Assembly (NCBI GenBank): GCA_965178125.1
Contig: OZ237762.1
Location: forward strand, 310,001 to 374,000
Origin: Bilabrum cf. latius
Taxonomy: Eukaryota
Reading direction: 5' to 3'
DNA: 64,000 bases
Part shown: piece after piece, positions 49,817-63,428 of the stretch
Layout: each line of letters opens with the position of its first letter
Position numbering within the stretch: the stretch's first letter is position 1
Program-made: the position numbers and the translations under genes
The notes under the pieces: generated by a model
The model's database searches: none
What the model was told of the DNA's origin: nothing
The model's input: only the letters and a program-made list of their open reading frames with translations

Positions 49817-50775
49817 ATGTCAAACGTAGGATGTAAGCAAATTTTGCAGATAGTGTTGCTTCGCTGTTCGGAACTTCCGGTGCGGGCTTGCACCATTGGG
49901 TTTTCATCCTGGTTTCACGGTGCATCAAGACCTGGCCTTTGCTCGCAGCGTCTGTGTCATACCGGCGAGCCGAGGGCGAGTCTACCGAATGGGAAGATTT
50001 GCAACGCAAGTATGGCAACTTACCGCCGAAGCCAAAGAAGAAAAAATCGCCCAAGGCAGACGAACCGGACATGACTTCGGTGCCCGAAGGCGTGATGAGG
50101 CTTACCGAAGCTGGCTCGTCGGCTTTGAAGGTGGAAGCGCTGGAAGACAAATCAGAATTTGCTGATGATAGGGAAATGGAAGAACTTCGCAGGCGAAGAC
50201 TCGCAGATTTGAAAGCAATGGCCTCGAAGAGACGTTTTGGTTCTGTGACGGAATGCGACCGCGCTGGATTTGTGGTAGAAGTGACCGAATCCAGCAAAGA
50301 AGGCGGTGGACAGTGGGTTGTTGCGTAGCTGTACAGTCCTACGGCGCCTGCGTCGCGTTACATGGATGAGATTGTCGCTGTTCTCGCCCGGGAGCACTCT
50401 GGCACGAAGTTCGTGCGAATCCGCGCCCAGGACTGCATCCCAGGATACCCAGACAAGAACGTGCCCACATTGCTGCTTTATTTCAACGGCAAAATGCAGC
50501 AGCAGCTGGTGGGAACGGGAGAGTACGGCAGCGGTGCCCCCACGAAGGATTCGGTCGAGTGGGTGCTCGCCCAGAGGCGCGTGCTCAAGACAGACATGAC
50601 CGAGGACCCCAGATCTGGCATGGCTTCCGCAGGGGGTTCCGGAGCAGGCAGCAGTGGATTCGCTGGGTTCGGGGGCTCTGGAGGGGGGAAGATGACGATG
50701 GCGATCGGCCGCGGCGGAGCTGGCAGGAGGCGGGGCGGGGACGAGGACGAGGAGGACGACGACGATGACTTTTGA
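49817..50775 (+). CDS. PDCL3: Phosducin-like protein (PhLP2/PDCL3 type); probable first intron ~49833-49948
   Basis: STEWEDLQRKYGNLPPK, RRRRLADLK..RFGSV..FVVEVT..WVVA*LY..TKFVRI..CIPGYPDKNVPTLLLY. TAG 50326 lies within the thioredoxin-like domain. Ends TGA. Confidence 0.9.
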
Positions 50776-50867
50776 GCTGTGCATACCGATCGCGATGTTT
50801 TTTGTATATGCCATCATTTGGTCTGGACGCGGCGAATGTGAATAAATAAGCAGAAAGCACTGATCTA

Positions 50868-51983
50868 TCACTGTGAGTCGTCGCCACCACCCTGGACCAT
50901 TGCCGCCGAGCAGGTGCCCCCAGTGCCGTTCACCAGAAGGCCAGCGCCGTGCTTGGCAGTCCATGTCATAGAGGCAGGCATGCTCTCTGGGACGATGTGC
51001 AGCGGAAAATCGTACCATGTCTCGAAATCGGCCTCGTCGAGCAAGTGCTCCGCGCTCGCTCCCGCTCGAGAGGCTGCTGCTCGCACGCCCCGGACATCCT
51101 GCATTGTTCCGGCGCAGAAGGCCAAGTCAGATGTTTCTCCGCCCTGTTGGGTGTTGAATATCTTTCCAGCTTTCACTCCAATGGGAGGCAGCACTTTCTG
51201 GAGCGTGTAGACGACCTTGTCGAAGCCCGTGCCGTTCGGCATGTGCAGGCTGTAGTCCAGGGGGCAATCGGCCCAGTACACCTCCAGATCACGGCCCAGC
51301 CTGTTTTTGATTGCTGCCTTAAGCACCGAGATCGCGTCACCGATCTGTCCTAGGCCCCCTGGCCCTTGGTCTTTCTGATAGGTTGGATCGCAGTGGTAGG
51401 GGCCCGCGGCGAAGTGTGGCAGAGCATCAATCAGACCGATCGCCACAGGCGTTCCGCTCGCCCTCTCAATAGCGGGAAGCAAAGCCTCGAGGTACTCGGC
51501 AGCCTGCTCTGCTACGTCAGCGAAGGTCCAAGCAGGGTGCATGCTCTTGCATTTGGGCCCAGTCATGGTTCTCGAGAAGATAGACTCTAGCATGAACCGA
51601 TCGATCCTGCCGCCGGCTGCTAAATAGAGTGACAACTGGGCCAGAGTCTCATTTGCGGTTGCCGTTCCGGGGCAAAGATACCCTCCAGCTTCGACAGAGA
51701 CTTGAATACGCCGTCCCATGGAAGAGCGCATGAACTGTGCAATCGAAGCAGCCTGGGTGACGTTCAGCTTTGCAAATAGACGCTCATGCCAGTGATATCC
51801 CCCGTTTGACTCGGAGAGCAGCTAAAATGTCGAAGGCCATTGCGTGTTTACGGATTGCTCGGACAGCACGTGACGCAGCTCAGCGCCTGGATCCGCCCAC
51901 TTCTGCAAGTCTGGGCCCATCCATATGCGACTAGCAGTTGCGCAATGAAGTAGTATAGCAGTAACGCACGCAGCTTGCTGCAT
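50868..51983 (-). CDS. Secreted protein of unknown function, ~371 aa
   Basis: Signal-like MQQAACVTAILLHCATAS reached through TAG 51822. Globular composition. Ends TGA. Confidence 0.7.
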
Positions 51984-52227
51984 TTATATGCTCGTCTGGT
52001 CAAAGGGTTTTGATGGGAGCGTCTGCTTCGTGCAATGTCAATTGGATTCGTCACGCTGCTGGGCCCAAACTGCAACTGCAAGTGCGCTCCGCTTCTCCGG
52101 GCCTTTCGAGTGTAGCCAAATATATGTGCATCCCTGGCTAGAACGTGCACTCAAACAAGTAGATACTTTATACTTATTTGCCATGCATCAACAATCGACA
52201 AGCCGATTCTCACCGCCGCAGGGACCC

Positions 52228-53574
52228 TCATGCCTGGAAGAACCAAGTATCGTACTTCTAAATGTCGGGCTGCACGTCAACTCCGCCGTAGAGGAGCACA
52301 CCGCTCGCCACACCCTCGGGAGAAGACGCACCGGCCCCGCTCCACACGGTTGCCGCACTCGAGTACGCCCGGGCGCTCGGGGCACCCGCCCCCGAGGAGC
52401 CCCCCGAGGACGACGAAACGGGGGCAGTTGCACCGGACACGTGCTCCCAGCGCACACCGAGTCCCGCGACCCAAGCAGCCGGCATGGAGCCGGGCACGTG
52501 CAGCAGCCACGTGTCCTCAAACACCTGCCCCTGGGCGTCGGCACCGCCGAACAGGAGCAGGGCAGTATCGTTGCCGAACCTCTTGCCGCCATGCCCGGCC
52601 ACGCGCAGGCTTGCCCCCACGCGACCCTTCGGCGCCCCCATGTTGGGGTCCGGGGTCACTCCCCCCGTGAGGTTGGCCCACATGAACTCTCCCAAAGAGT
52701 ACATCCACAGCTCCTGGCTCACAGCCCCCTCGGGGTTCTGGCCCCCGAAGACCACGAGGGCGGGGTGCGACTCCCCCGCGGGCCCGCCCCCCTGGCCCCT
52801 TCCGATCTGGGGCACAACGGCGGCGGCGGGCTGGACCGATGGTCCCGGCTGCTTGGGGTATCCCGGCGGTGGGTTTCCGTCGTTCAGCAGGTGCGCCTCC
52901 CGCGTGCCCAGGTCAAGCATCCACGCGTCGGCGAGAGCCGCGGTCCCGTTGAAGCCCCCGAATAGGATGGCGTAGGGGCCCTTTGTTCCCTGGATGGGCG
53001 ACCAGTCAGGGTCGGCGGCTTCCACGGGGACCAGCGCATGACCCGCACGAGGGCCGGGGGTCCCAGCGCCCGATCCACCCGGCCGTAGGGGCGCACTCGT
53101 CCAAGTGGCCGCGGCGTCAGGGTCGTCAGAGGCGAGCGAGAGGAGCCAGGAGCCGCCGTCGGGGCCTGTGGCTGTATTGCCGCCGTACACAAATACAGAA
53201 TTACCGAACGTTCCATCTGAAGTCCGTTTGTTGGCAGCCCGGGTCGCTTGGGAGTACACGCGGGGTGATGGGGCCGTGCTGGGCTCGGCCACGTCATGGC
53301 TGCCCCATGTTGCACTCCCGTTCACGGACCCTACAGTGACAGACACGACTGCATTCACGGTCGGAGATGTTGGACATGTACCTAGTGAACCTCCAAAAAT
53401 GACGAGTTCGGGCTGCTGGTCTGCCTTTGTTGGCAAGACCACGGCTGAAGCGCCGGATCGCCCGTGCGGGGAATTGGGGGCGGCTAGTTCGGTCCACCCA
53501 GACGCAGACAACCCGCTCTTTACGAGACAAACGGAAGCAACCAATCCTAAGAATTGATATGATCGCAACTTCAT
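52228..53574 (-). CDS. Secreted kelch-repeat beta-propeller protein
   Basis: Signal-like N-terminus and six (F/Y)GG..W blades. The last blade LLYGG..DI*KYDTWFF is completed only through TAG 52258. Ends TGA. Confidence 0.85.
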
Positions 53575-53982
53575 GGTATTTAAAAGAGGATCTCGGAAGA
53601 AATTGTGGACCGAACGTAGTTGCAGTTGCATTGTGGCGTGTAGTTCAGTGATCTGTATTTACACCGGCGGTTCTAACTTCTCAACGGATCCCGAAGGTTG
53701 CGCCAGCGCGCTAATGCACAGGTCCTGTCACAAAATGGCAGGGTATAACAATGACGGGGCTCCCAGGTGTCTTGTTGGTAACTGGTAGGAGGAGCGGGTT
53801 TTGAAAGTGAGAAGTGCGGTCATGCGACCCGGTTGCAGCCTGACAAGTTCCACACCACCTGTTTGCCTTCGTCCGTGCTGGCTACTGCACGTATTCGACA
53901 CACCGTGATTTAATTTTCGCTGATTCGCACGTCGCAGGACCTCACTGGTGTTGCTCGTCTCACTACAAGTGGAGATAAAACA

Positions 53983-55986
53983 ATGTCAACGTCCAAGCGT
54001 GTTATGCCGGCCGATGGTGTAAGGTCTTAATGACATGCTGCGATGTTTCACGCCCATGCAGTGTTGCCGCCTTTTTGCATTCGATCATAAGCTGTAGTCT
54101 CATCGTCTGGCGTGCGCCCCACTCCCAATCCGCAGTCTCTGCGAGGCATCAAGAGCACGGCTTAGGAGACGCTCGACTACACGCAGTACAAGCACGTGGC
54201 CGCAGTATCCAGTGAGGGTCCCAGGGCCCGTCGCCAGCGGGCCATGCTGGCTCGCCAGGCAGAGCAGAGAATTGCCGAGCGCACGGCCAACATGCGCGCG
54301 AGCCTGCGGTCGGACACTCGCTACCAGACGAGCACGCAAGAGGCGCTCCCCACGTTCGGGGGGGAGGCCTACGACCCCTCCAAGATAGGAAGGAGGGTCA
54401 TGAAAACGCTAGAGGGCAAGGAACTCGCTCCCGGTTGTCGGGACGAGGAGTTTCTCGCCGGGTTTCACCTCAGCAAGATGAGGCCAAAGCTCACTGCAGA
54501 GGAGCACCGGAGGGTGAGGGACATCGCCAGCGGAACCGGCGCCGCGTCAGCGGGCCCCGGTGGCGAGATGCCGGTGACCCTGTACTCTCAGCGTCTCTCC
54601 GAAGGCGTGTTCCCTGGGACAGCAGCCAAAGGGGGCAACCCCTTCGCCCGCTCCGCCGAGTTCTCCACGGACGTGCGCGAGCCCACCAAGCAGCACGCTT
54701 TGGCCACGGACACGTTCGATGAGAGCCAGCGGGGCTCCTTGCGCTCCCTGGAGCACACCGGAGTGTCCGTCCGTGCCCCCGCGGCCGACCTCAGCAGGGC
54801 GCAGGTGCTGCGGTCGCTGAGGAGGAGGGTGAGGGCGGCGCACGGCCCGCTGGGCATGCTCGGGGTGGTGACGGAGATTCGCAGGTGCGACGGGTTCGCG
54901 GCCCGCGCGGCGCCCCGAAGCACGGACGCGATCGCGATGAGCAGCACGCTCAGCGGTGCCGCCAGGGCGGCCGCAGGGGGCCGTCTGGCGGGCCGCGATG
55001 CGGACGGGCGCCTGTCGTGGGAGGAGCTGAGCGAGGCTATGAGAAGGGCGGGCGTGCCTCTGCCTGGTGCCGAGCTGCGGGCGGTGCTTGCGTGTTTGGA
55101 CACCTCTGGAGACGGCAAGGTGTCACCCGAAGAGGCAGAGGAGGCCGTGGTGGGCACGGGTGAGATCGGCGCCTGCAACCTAGAGGGGGCGCTGGAGGCG
55201 GCCAGGGAACAAGTGCTGGGGCGGTTGGACGCGGCGGGCACCGGGCGCGTGCCAGTAGAGGCCGTGCTGCGCATGTACAGCCCCGGCAGCGACCCGGCCG
55301 TGCTTGCGGCGGCCAAGGCCATGAGCGGGGCAGCGGCGGCGGCACCCGGGGCCCGGAGGCGGGGCCCTCCGGGAGGCAGCAGCAGGGGGGCGGCGGGGGC
55401 CCTAGGTATCGGTGGGGGCTCCGCGCGCGCCCCCGCGGCGTCCCGCGAGGACACCGCCTCGACGGGGGTCTCGATGCGGCAGGCCCTGCAGGCTGTGAGC
55501 GCCTTCCTGTCGCCTCCCGAGAGGCCCGTCAGGCACGTGCCCGTGGACGAGGTGCGGCACATGATCGGGGTGCTATGCAGCGCGTACGCGTGGAGGGATG
55601 ACCCCGAGGAGGGGGGGATGCTGGGGAGGTACCTCGCGGGGTGCTGGGGCTTGCGGGTGAGGGAGGAGGACGTGCGGGCGCTGGCGGGTGTGACGAGTGA
55701 GAGGGGCAGCGAGTCCAAGGAGGGCGGGGGTTCTTCTTCTTCCTCCTCCTCCTCGTCCTTTGGTGGGCTCGGGGAGACGGGTGCTAGTAGCTTCAAGGTG
55801 GCAACGGGGAGGGGGGCAAGCACGGGCCGCCGTCGCCGCGTGCTGGTGCACCACCACGACGCTACGGAGGAGGAAGTGACGATCTTCGATGACGTGGGCC
55901 TGCTACCTGCGGACGAGCCCGCACTCCGCGCGAAGCTTCGGCTCGCGGGGATCAAGAGCGTGCACAGTGCCGTTCTGCTGGACTGA
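53983..55986 (+). CDS. EF-hand protein (calcyphosin-like arrangement); intron 54019-54135
   Basis: DADGRLSWEE, LDTSGDGKVSPEE and LDAAGTGRV motifs. GTAAG..CCGCAG phase-0 intron. TAG at 54163. Ends TGA. Confidence 0.7.
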
Positions 55987-56088
55987 GATGAAGAGCCTCT
56001 CGATAGAAGAGGCTGCTGCTGCTTGACATTGAATCAGCCTACGAGTATGCGCTATATTAACTCTGTATCAACAAGATCATTCTATACA

Positions 56089-56439
56089 TCACTGTCCTGC
56101 TGCGTCTCCGGACTGCTGAGGTAACAATCGCCTGAACTCTTCCTGCGCGAGCTCGTGTGCTTGGACGTACTTAGGCACGCACCTATCAATGCATGTCAGC
56201 TCTCCTATCTCCAACTCGCCCAGCTTTACCTTTGGTGTAATGCACTTCTTGAAGCACACTCGCAGTATTCTGCGGGCCAAAATCGAGACGTGAGGCGCAC
56301 CACGAAGCAATGTGCCGGGTGGACGACTGGGTGTCGCATTCCGCTCGCTCTGTAGCTCTCACCGTGTCTGCATGTCCTGCAGAGACTCCATTTCAATCTG
56401 GCTGAATGCCTTGATGTCCTCAGTCGACATTTTCGCCAT
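56089..56439 (-). CDS. TIM10: Mitochondrial intermembrane-space small Tim chaperone, Tim10-like; intron 56270-56362
   Basis: IEMESLQDMQTR|ILRVCFKKCI..GELEIGELTCIDRCVPKY..H twin CX3C motif. Ends TGA. Confidence 0.88.
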
Positions 56440-56567
56440 GGCTACGGGGTGCTCGTCGAAGTCGCAGTTGCCTCTTGGATGCCTCACGAGCCTCGTGAGA
56501 TCGGAGCCGATGCCAGGCCTGGGTCGCAGCACGGGATCTATTCCGTGCCAACAGCTAGGTAAAGGCC

Positions 56568-59500
56568 ATGGCGGTCATACGAGATCGCTCTGGCCATGAG
56601 GCTCTCATGGAGCGTATGAGATTCGACACGCACTTTGCGGATCTAGTCCTTCAGTGCGGTCCGCCAGCCGCTCCAGGCGCCGCACTGGTAGGACGAGCCC
56701 ACGAGTCTGGCAAGCACACGGTGCTGGCCCACTCATGCATCCTTGTGAGGGACTTTGAATGGTACCGTGTTGTGCGTTGCGATTTCTGGCGTTTACCGGA
56801 GGGTGCGCAACGATGCCACGTTCAGTTAATCACCAGCTCCGGCAGCATGGCCCCCTCTATCGCATCGCAGGCAAACTCCAGCACTTCGCTCGCCCGTTTG
56901 ATCATGCTGGCAAAAGATGAGGAAAGCACGGACCGCGCATCCGAGGATGGTGGCCCTGGTTCAGGATGGCTGCCGGGCAAGGCGGCACACGCCAAGGCTG
57001 GCGCAGACGGCGGACTTGATCTCGCGCTAAGCAACTCGTTTCTTCCGGACCCCAAGGCCTCGGATTCTCTTATGGCGGGGTCGTTCCTCCTCGACGATCC
57101 CGCACTGGGCTAGGTTGATCCGTTCGATGACCTTGGTCGGGGCGGGGTCGCACTCGGCGAATCGGGCACGCAGCCGCTTCAAGTTGGTCGCACACCGAGC
57201 GCGAGCAGACGCTCACGCCCGTCCGAATCGAAGCAGTCGCAGTCGTCCAGCGGCACAGGCCGTCATAGGCTTATTGTGGACATGCGCGAAGTACCCTGCG
57301 ATACGATGCACCTGCTGCTGGACTACTGCTATACTGGCGTGCTGCGCATGGCGGGCCAGCCGCCCCGCAGTGCGGTGCACCTCATGCTGGCGGCGGAGAG
57401 GTACGGGATGGGGCGACTGAGAGACAGGCTTGCGCGGCTGGCGCTTCGGGCGGTTGACGAGGAGAACGCACTCGATCTGCTTCAGGTAGCCGAGCGGGGG
57501 CACTCGCCCGTTCTCCGTGGGCACGTGATGCAGTTCATTCTCAGGCACGCGGAAGGAGTCCTCGCTTCGCCAGCCGCCCCGAAAATATCTCTCGAGCTCG
57601 CCACGCAGCTGCTCTCCAGCGATGACCTGTGCATCCAGTCGGAAGAACTATTGTTCCGGTTTGTGTTGCGCTGGGGGCTCGCCCACCAGCCAGAGAGGCA
57701 GGACCTCAGGTCTACTGTGCTCCCTCTGGTCAGCAGGCTTCGGTTGGGGCACCTGTCCATCCCATCCCTCAGGCACCGCACGTGCACGGGGCTCGCACCC
57801 CCAGACATGATCACCGCCGCGCTGTTCGCGAAGGTTCGCTGGGCGCATGAGACCATGGAGCGGCGGGCAGACGTGGTCGCAGCCAGGTCCGTGTCGCCGT
57901 CATCGTCGGCGGAAAGTGGCCGTGCTGGAGCAGGGGCAGGAGCGGTCAAGGCGCGGCCGGGGAGCTCTCCGGGGGGCAGGAGCGTGCGGTTTCACGACAG
58001 TGTGACGAGTGCGGACGGCCCTCCGGAGCCTCCTTCGATGCACCTCGGCGCGATCCTCCGGCGGGGCTCCACCATCAGCGGCGGGGGAGTGCACGGACAC
58101 GGGAATGGAGGGGGAGCGCTGTCGCCTACATCGCTGGCTCAGATGGCTGGGGAGCAGGACGACGAGGAGACCGATGAGTTCCATCGCAGCTACGACGCAG
58201 CTATGCGCCCGAGGAGGTACGGCTGTCTGCTGTCCTCGTGCGCCATGAGGTCAGGAGATTCGGGTGCTGGGGCCGGCCTGCTTCTGGGATCGGCATCAGG
58301 TGCGAGGGTGGGGGGAGGAGGTTGCGACTAGGGCACTTCTTGGCTGTCCACTTCGGTGAGGACCGGGAGGTAGGGAACAAGCAGGTTCTGCGCGGTGTAT
58401 CCACCCGTGCAACTCGCTGCAGATGGCCGGGATTCGCCTGGTGAGGTGAACCATTGCGCCGTCACCGTGTCCAATGGAGGCAGGTCGGTTTGGTGGAGGG
58501 CGCGAGGAGAGGAAGGCAGGGGTAGATCCGGGTGCATGCCCCCATGGCTGTGGGCGGCAGCAGCGCCGTGCGTTGATGCGGTGCGGTATCCGGGCGGTTA
58601 CGTGTGGCAGCTGACCATAGAGCAGTGGGATGGGATGGAAGGCGAAGAGGAGGAATGGCGTGGTCGGGACTGCAACACACAGGGCGAAGGGCTGGGTACT
58701 GGTGAGGCAAGGAGCAGACAGAGTACCGGAGGTAGCTCGAACGGTGGTAGTGCAAGCGATGGAACTGATCACCGGCTCATGCCTGCCGCCATTGCTCTCG
58801 TTGAGGTGGTACAGGACGGCAGGACCGGTGCGGGTCCATCCAGCTCCAGCGTCCCGGTCCCGCAGTTCCGCTTCCCCGCCGGTCTGCGGCGGGATGGCAA
58901 AAGAACGGGCAAGGGCAAGGGCCAGAGCAAATCTGCAGGTGGCAACAGCCACGGCGCGAAGCAAAATAGCCCGCAGGCCGCTCTCCAGGAGCTCAAGAGG
59001 GTATTCGGCGAGCAGCTGCTGTGGAGCTCCTCCTCCCCATCTTCATCAGCGACACCGGGCGGGACATCGGCCGCTTCCGATTCCGAATCTTCAGGTGGAT
59101 CTTCGTAGCAGCTGAAAGAAGGTGACACTGTGACGGTTGTGGTCTCGCCGCGGTCTAGTGCTGGCGGCGCCTCTGCTCCGATGATGGGATACGACGTGCT
59201 GTGGGAGGTGCAGCACTCGGCTCACGGGGAGGCCCTTCAGCACGGAGATAGCCTCGCAGAGGACGGTGCTGGCAGTGATGCAGAGGCGGGCAGCAATGCT
59301 TCAGCCTCGAGCGCGCTGTATGGAAGTAGAGGAGTAGGGGAGGGGGGGGGAGGGGAGGGGGAGGGGGAGGGGGAGGCCGATGTCCCTGTGCTGGCACAGT
59401 CCCGTGTCCCTGAGCAAATTGGATGGTCTTTACTGGCAGGAAGGAATGACAGGGGGCTAGGTGGGCCTGTCACAGGGAATGGGTCGGAAGGGCCGGTGAA

Positions 59501-59627
59501 GAGGAGCTCGATCAGCGGGGTGCAGGGATCGTTGGCGATGGTGGTTCTGCTGGGGTCGGCTGGGGGCAGCACGTGCTCCGTGACCTTGTCGCCCGTCGTG
59601 CCTGCCGACGTGCTCGGCGGGCGATGA
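56568..59627 (+). CDS. BTB/POZ-BACK domain protein, ~1019 aa if unspliced
   Basis: FADLVLQC..VLAHSCIL and LLLDYCYTG..LAAERY halves of BTB joined via TAG 57111. BACK motif LLSSDDLCIQSEELLFRFVLRW. Further TAGs at 58329, 58371 and 59106. Ends TGA. Confidence 0.82.
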
Positions 59628-59781
59628 GCTTGTCTTGCGCTACTGTTCTAGCCCGCCTTGCTGTTGATTCACTTTTACTGGAATGGTTTTAATCTTCTTC
59701 TTGAAAGTTCAACACCGGAACGGTTACAACCGCCGCTGCTTCAATTGCAAAAAACGCTGCAGACAAGTCGCGTGCCCAGTA

Positions 59782-62147
59782 ATGTCCCGCCATAAACTAA
59801 CGATAAGAGAAATTGCCAAAGAATTTTCGCTCCAGTCCCTTGCTATCCAGCAAGATGCGTTGGAGGCTGTGGCAAAGCTGATGCAAGGGTTAGCAACGAC
59901 TGAATTCAAAAGTGCAAGCCAGAGATACCGCAGAGTTGACGTCTGTGGGTTGATTCTTCTGTGATTTTCCCACAAAATGTCTATGTATATATTATTGTTC
60001 GCAGCGAATAGCCTGGAAGCGCGCAGTATGAGGTGCTGGACACTGTAATTGAGCACACCACTGAACTGTTGGGCAAGCTTAGTGAGAATACGTCGTATTA
60101 CGGCGCTTTTTGGTGTTATAGCTGCAATACTCGTGCTTGTGTGCCGTTTCATTTCGCTGCGCATCGCAGACCGTACAATGGTAGACCGCGAGGTAATTTA
60201 GTCCGTGGTTGCTCAGCTCACGAGAGCGGCCGAAGATATACAAGACTAGCGGTTGCAAATCGTCTCGGCATTCAAGATGCCCAGGTACACCTTCAACCAC
60301 GCCAGAAAATCCTACCACCTCGACACATCACCTCGGCCGCTGCACGCCGGCGCGGGGGCGAAAGTCGCTATGTTCCGGGACAGGTTCGTGCAGGTCCGGG
60401 AGCGCCTAGCCAGGCACAAGCACATCGATGTCACGGGAGGCAGCAGCGCCGCGGTGGCGGCTGCCCGTGGCAGCGCCGTGGCCGCTGCCACCGGGGGGGC
60501 GTCCGCCGCGTCGATCGGGGGCGGTGCGGCCATCACGCTCACCCCCATCGAGAGCACGCGGGCCATGACCGGCCACGGGGTGACCGTGCTGGGCATGATC
60601 ACGCAGACACCGGACGGCACCTTCGAGATTGAAGACCTGGAAGCAAAGATCCCACTGGATCTCACTCACTGCCGCTGCAGCACGGGCCTCTTCACCGAGT
60701 CGAGCGTGGTGCTGGTGGAGGGCGAGATCAGGCACGACGGAGCTCTCGTCGCGACCCTCATGGGCAACCCCCCGCCCGAGAGAAGGAGCGACTCCTTGCG
60801 AGCGATGGGGCTGGTGGACCAGTTCCAGGTGCTCAAGACGCCCGCGGAGTATTCAACTGCGCTTGAGCTCGAGACTAGGGGGGAGGGCGCCGATGAGGTG
60901 AGCCTGTCCTTCCTGTCCGGGTGCCACCTGGACGACCCCTCCGTGGTGCGCAACTTGGACAGGATGATGGAGGGATTCAGCCTGATGGACATGCCACCCG
61001 CCGTGGTTGTTCTCTCGGGACCCTTCTTACAGAGGCCCTATGGGTCGGGGAGGGACGACCGCCGCGCCTTTGCCCACCACATGGATGCCCTGGCTGGCAT
61101 CATCAACAAGTACGAGGCGGTGGCAACGCAGACCCAGTTCGTCCTCGTGCCTGCGGCAACCGACCCGGGCTCGGCAAGGGTTCTGCCCCGCCCTGCGCTG
61201 CCCAAATGCCTGTGCAAGGGCTTGCTGGAGCGGGCGCGCGCTGGCGGTGCTCGGGTCACGCTAGCCTCGAACCCCTGCCGCTTGCGGTACCACACTCAGG
61301 AGATCGTGGTGTTCCGGGAAGACCTGGGGAACAAGCTGCAGCGGCTGACTGTGCTGCAGCCCGACAAGTCCGTCAAGGTGCAGAGGCACCTGCTGAGCAC
61401 ACTGCTGTCCCAGTCGCACATGTGCCCGCTGCCCTCCATGCAGCAGCCCGTGTACTGGGAGCACGATTGCGCCCTGAGGCTCTTCCCTCTGCCAGACATC
61501 GTAAGTACGCATCGTTTTCCCCTGCAGCTTGCACTCGCACTATCAGCTGCATTCGTTACACTCCATCCCATTCGCCCTATATCCCGCCGCAATCATTCGC
61601 TGCTGTCTCGCCAATCCCCTGACGTTGCTCGCAGATGGTGGTTGCCGAGGACGGAGACCCCTATAGCCTGTCTGACGCTGGCACAGGCACCGTGCTGATG
61701 AGCCCGGGGAGCTTCGCGTCAGATGGGTGCGGGAGGTTCATGACGTACTCCCCTGCCTCCCGCAAGATGCTGGCTTGCACCGTGCTGGAAGAAGACGAGG
61801 CCGCAGCGGAGCAGCGCGCTAGGCAGAACAGGAGCTCTGCAACTTCCGGCCCGGGGATGCTTTCGGACCAAGACAGGTCTGGCAAGCGCAAGAAGAAGAG
61901 TAGGCTAGCAGACGAGGCTGGGGGCGGGGCAGCAAGCGGCAAGGGCACCAAGGCACCGGCAGCCAAGGCAACGAAGAAGCCGCGCAAGCTAGCGGGGGCA
62001 AGTCGCGGAAGCGAGCATGCAGCAGCCAGGGGTGCTCATTCCAAGGGCGGCAAGACAATCGAGACGAAGGGATTCTTCACTCGGAAGAGCGAGGGTAGCG
62101 GCAGCGGTGTTGTGAACATGGTGGATAGCGACAGAGATGATGATGGA

Positions 62148-62178
<31 letters not shown>

Positions 62179-63116
62179 TTGATGAATTTGACGCGGCCGT
62201 GTCCGGAGCAGCAGCCAGCAGATCAGGCCGTGCTGGATCCAGCAGTGCCCTGCGAGCCATGGAAGACGAATTAGACGACATTCTCGGGCTAGGCGAGGAC
62301 GAAGAGAGTCGAAATCGTGGTGATAGCAGCAGCAAGCGGCGCTCGCAATTCGCTGCAGGGGACACGCCGGAGAAGCGGCACGCAACGGATACTCGGTAGA
62401 GCGCAGGGTCTGAATTGGACGGGCACGATACTGACGATGACTTGTTCCCCGTTACTTCGAGCCCCCGGCTGCCGGCACGTGATGCGGTTCACGGCCTGGG
62501 CGGGGGCAGCACGGATGGGACTGGGAGGGGGAGGGGGGCAGTGACAAGCAGCAGCAGCAGCGGCGGCAGCAGCAGCAGTACGCAGGCAGGCGCTGGTGCT
62601 GGCGGCATGGACACGTGGGGAGACTCTGAGGCCAGAGGGGTCGGATCAATCGATCAGATGGACTCTGAACGGACGGACGGTCGCGTGCCAGGTGGCCTAG
62701 AGGACGTTGGCGGTGGCCTTGATCTCGATCTTGGCCTGCCGGGGCCCGGCGATATGCTCGCGATGGAAGCCTAGGATGACGCGCGGGCTGGCATGGAGGA
62801 GACACGGGCCTACGCGCCTTCTGGCTCCGGGTCCTCTAGGCTCGCTGCGGCGCGTGACGCGAGGCGGCAGAGGATGCGGCAGGGAGCGGGCGGGTTGGGG
62901 AACAGCGCTGGGGCGGGGCAGGTGGGCATGGACGGTGGCCTGGAGCTGGAGCTGGGGGGCGATGCCGCGGCGATGGGCAACGTGGGTGGCGCGGGGGCGG
63001 CAGGCTTCAAGTATTCTCAGGTTAGCGCTTCGGCGGGCGATGCCAGCCAGCGCCCGGGGAACAGTCAGGGCGAAGTGCCTGGCGCTGGTGCTGCTGCCAT
63101 GGACGATGGCCTTTAA
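59782..63116 (+). CDS. POLE2: DNA polymerase epsilon subunit B (Dpb2) with long low-complexity C-terminal extension; introns ~59889-60004, ~60082-60169 and 61501-61634
   Basis: SAFKMPRY, MFRDRF, VLGMITQ..IEDL..GLFTESSVVLVEG, FVLVP..DPG..LPRP, SNPCRL and QSHMCPL..PVYWEHDCALRLFPLPD. TAGs at 60009, 60199, 60247, 62397 and 62772. Ends TAA. Confidence 0.92.
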
Positions 63117-63428
63117 GAGCGGCATGCTTTGTCCCGTTGCATGATAGGCGTACAAAAATCTACATTTTCATGATAGTGGTGATTCTGCGGGGAGTACATA
63201 CAGAGGTCTACTCCCTGCCCAGAGGCTGAGCCCCAGCCAGGATCTAATCTCTGAATCCTGAGTGTCACGCCCCACCATGCATTGCAGGCGGACCGACAAC
63301 AGCAAGCCTCTCAAGTACTCCAGTACACCCATCTGTGCCTCCTATACCACCCTTCCATCCGTTTGTGGATTGCGGCTCGACAGTCCCCCACCGGTCCATT
63401 CACCTCTATCCGATCCGGAGATCCAGCA

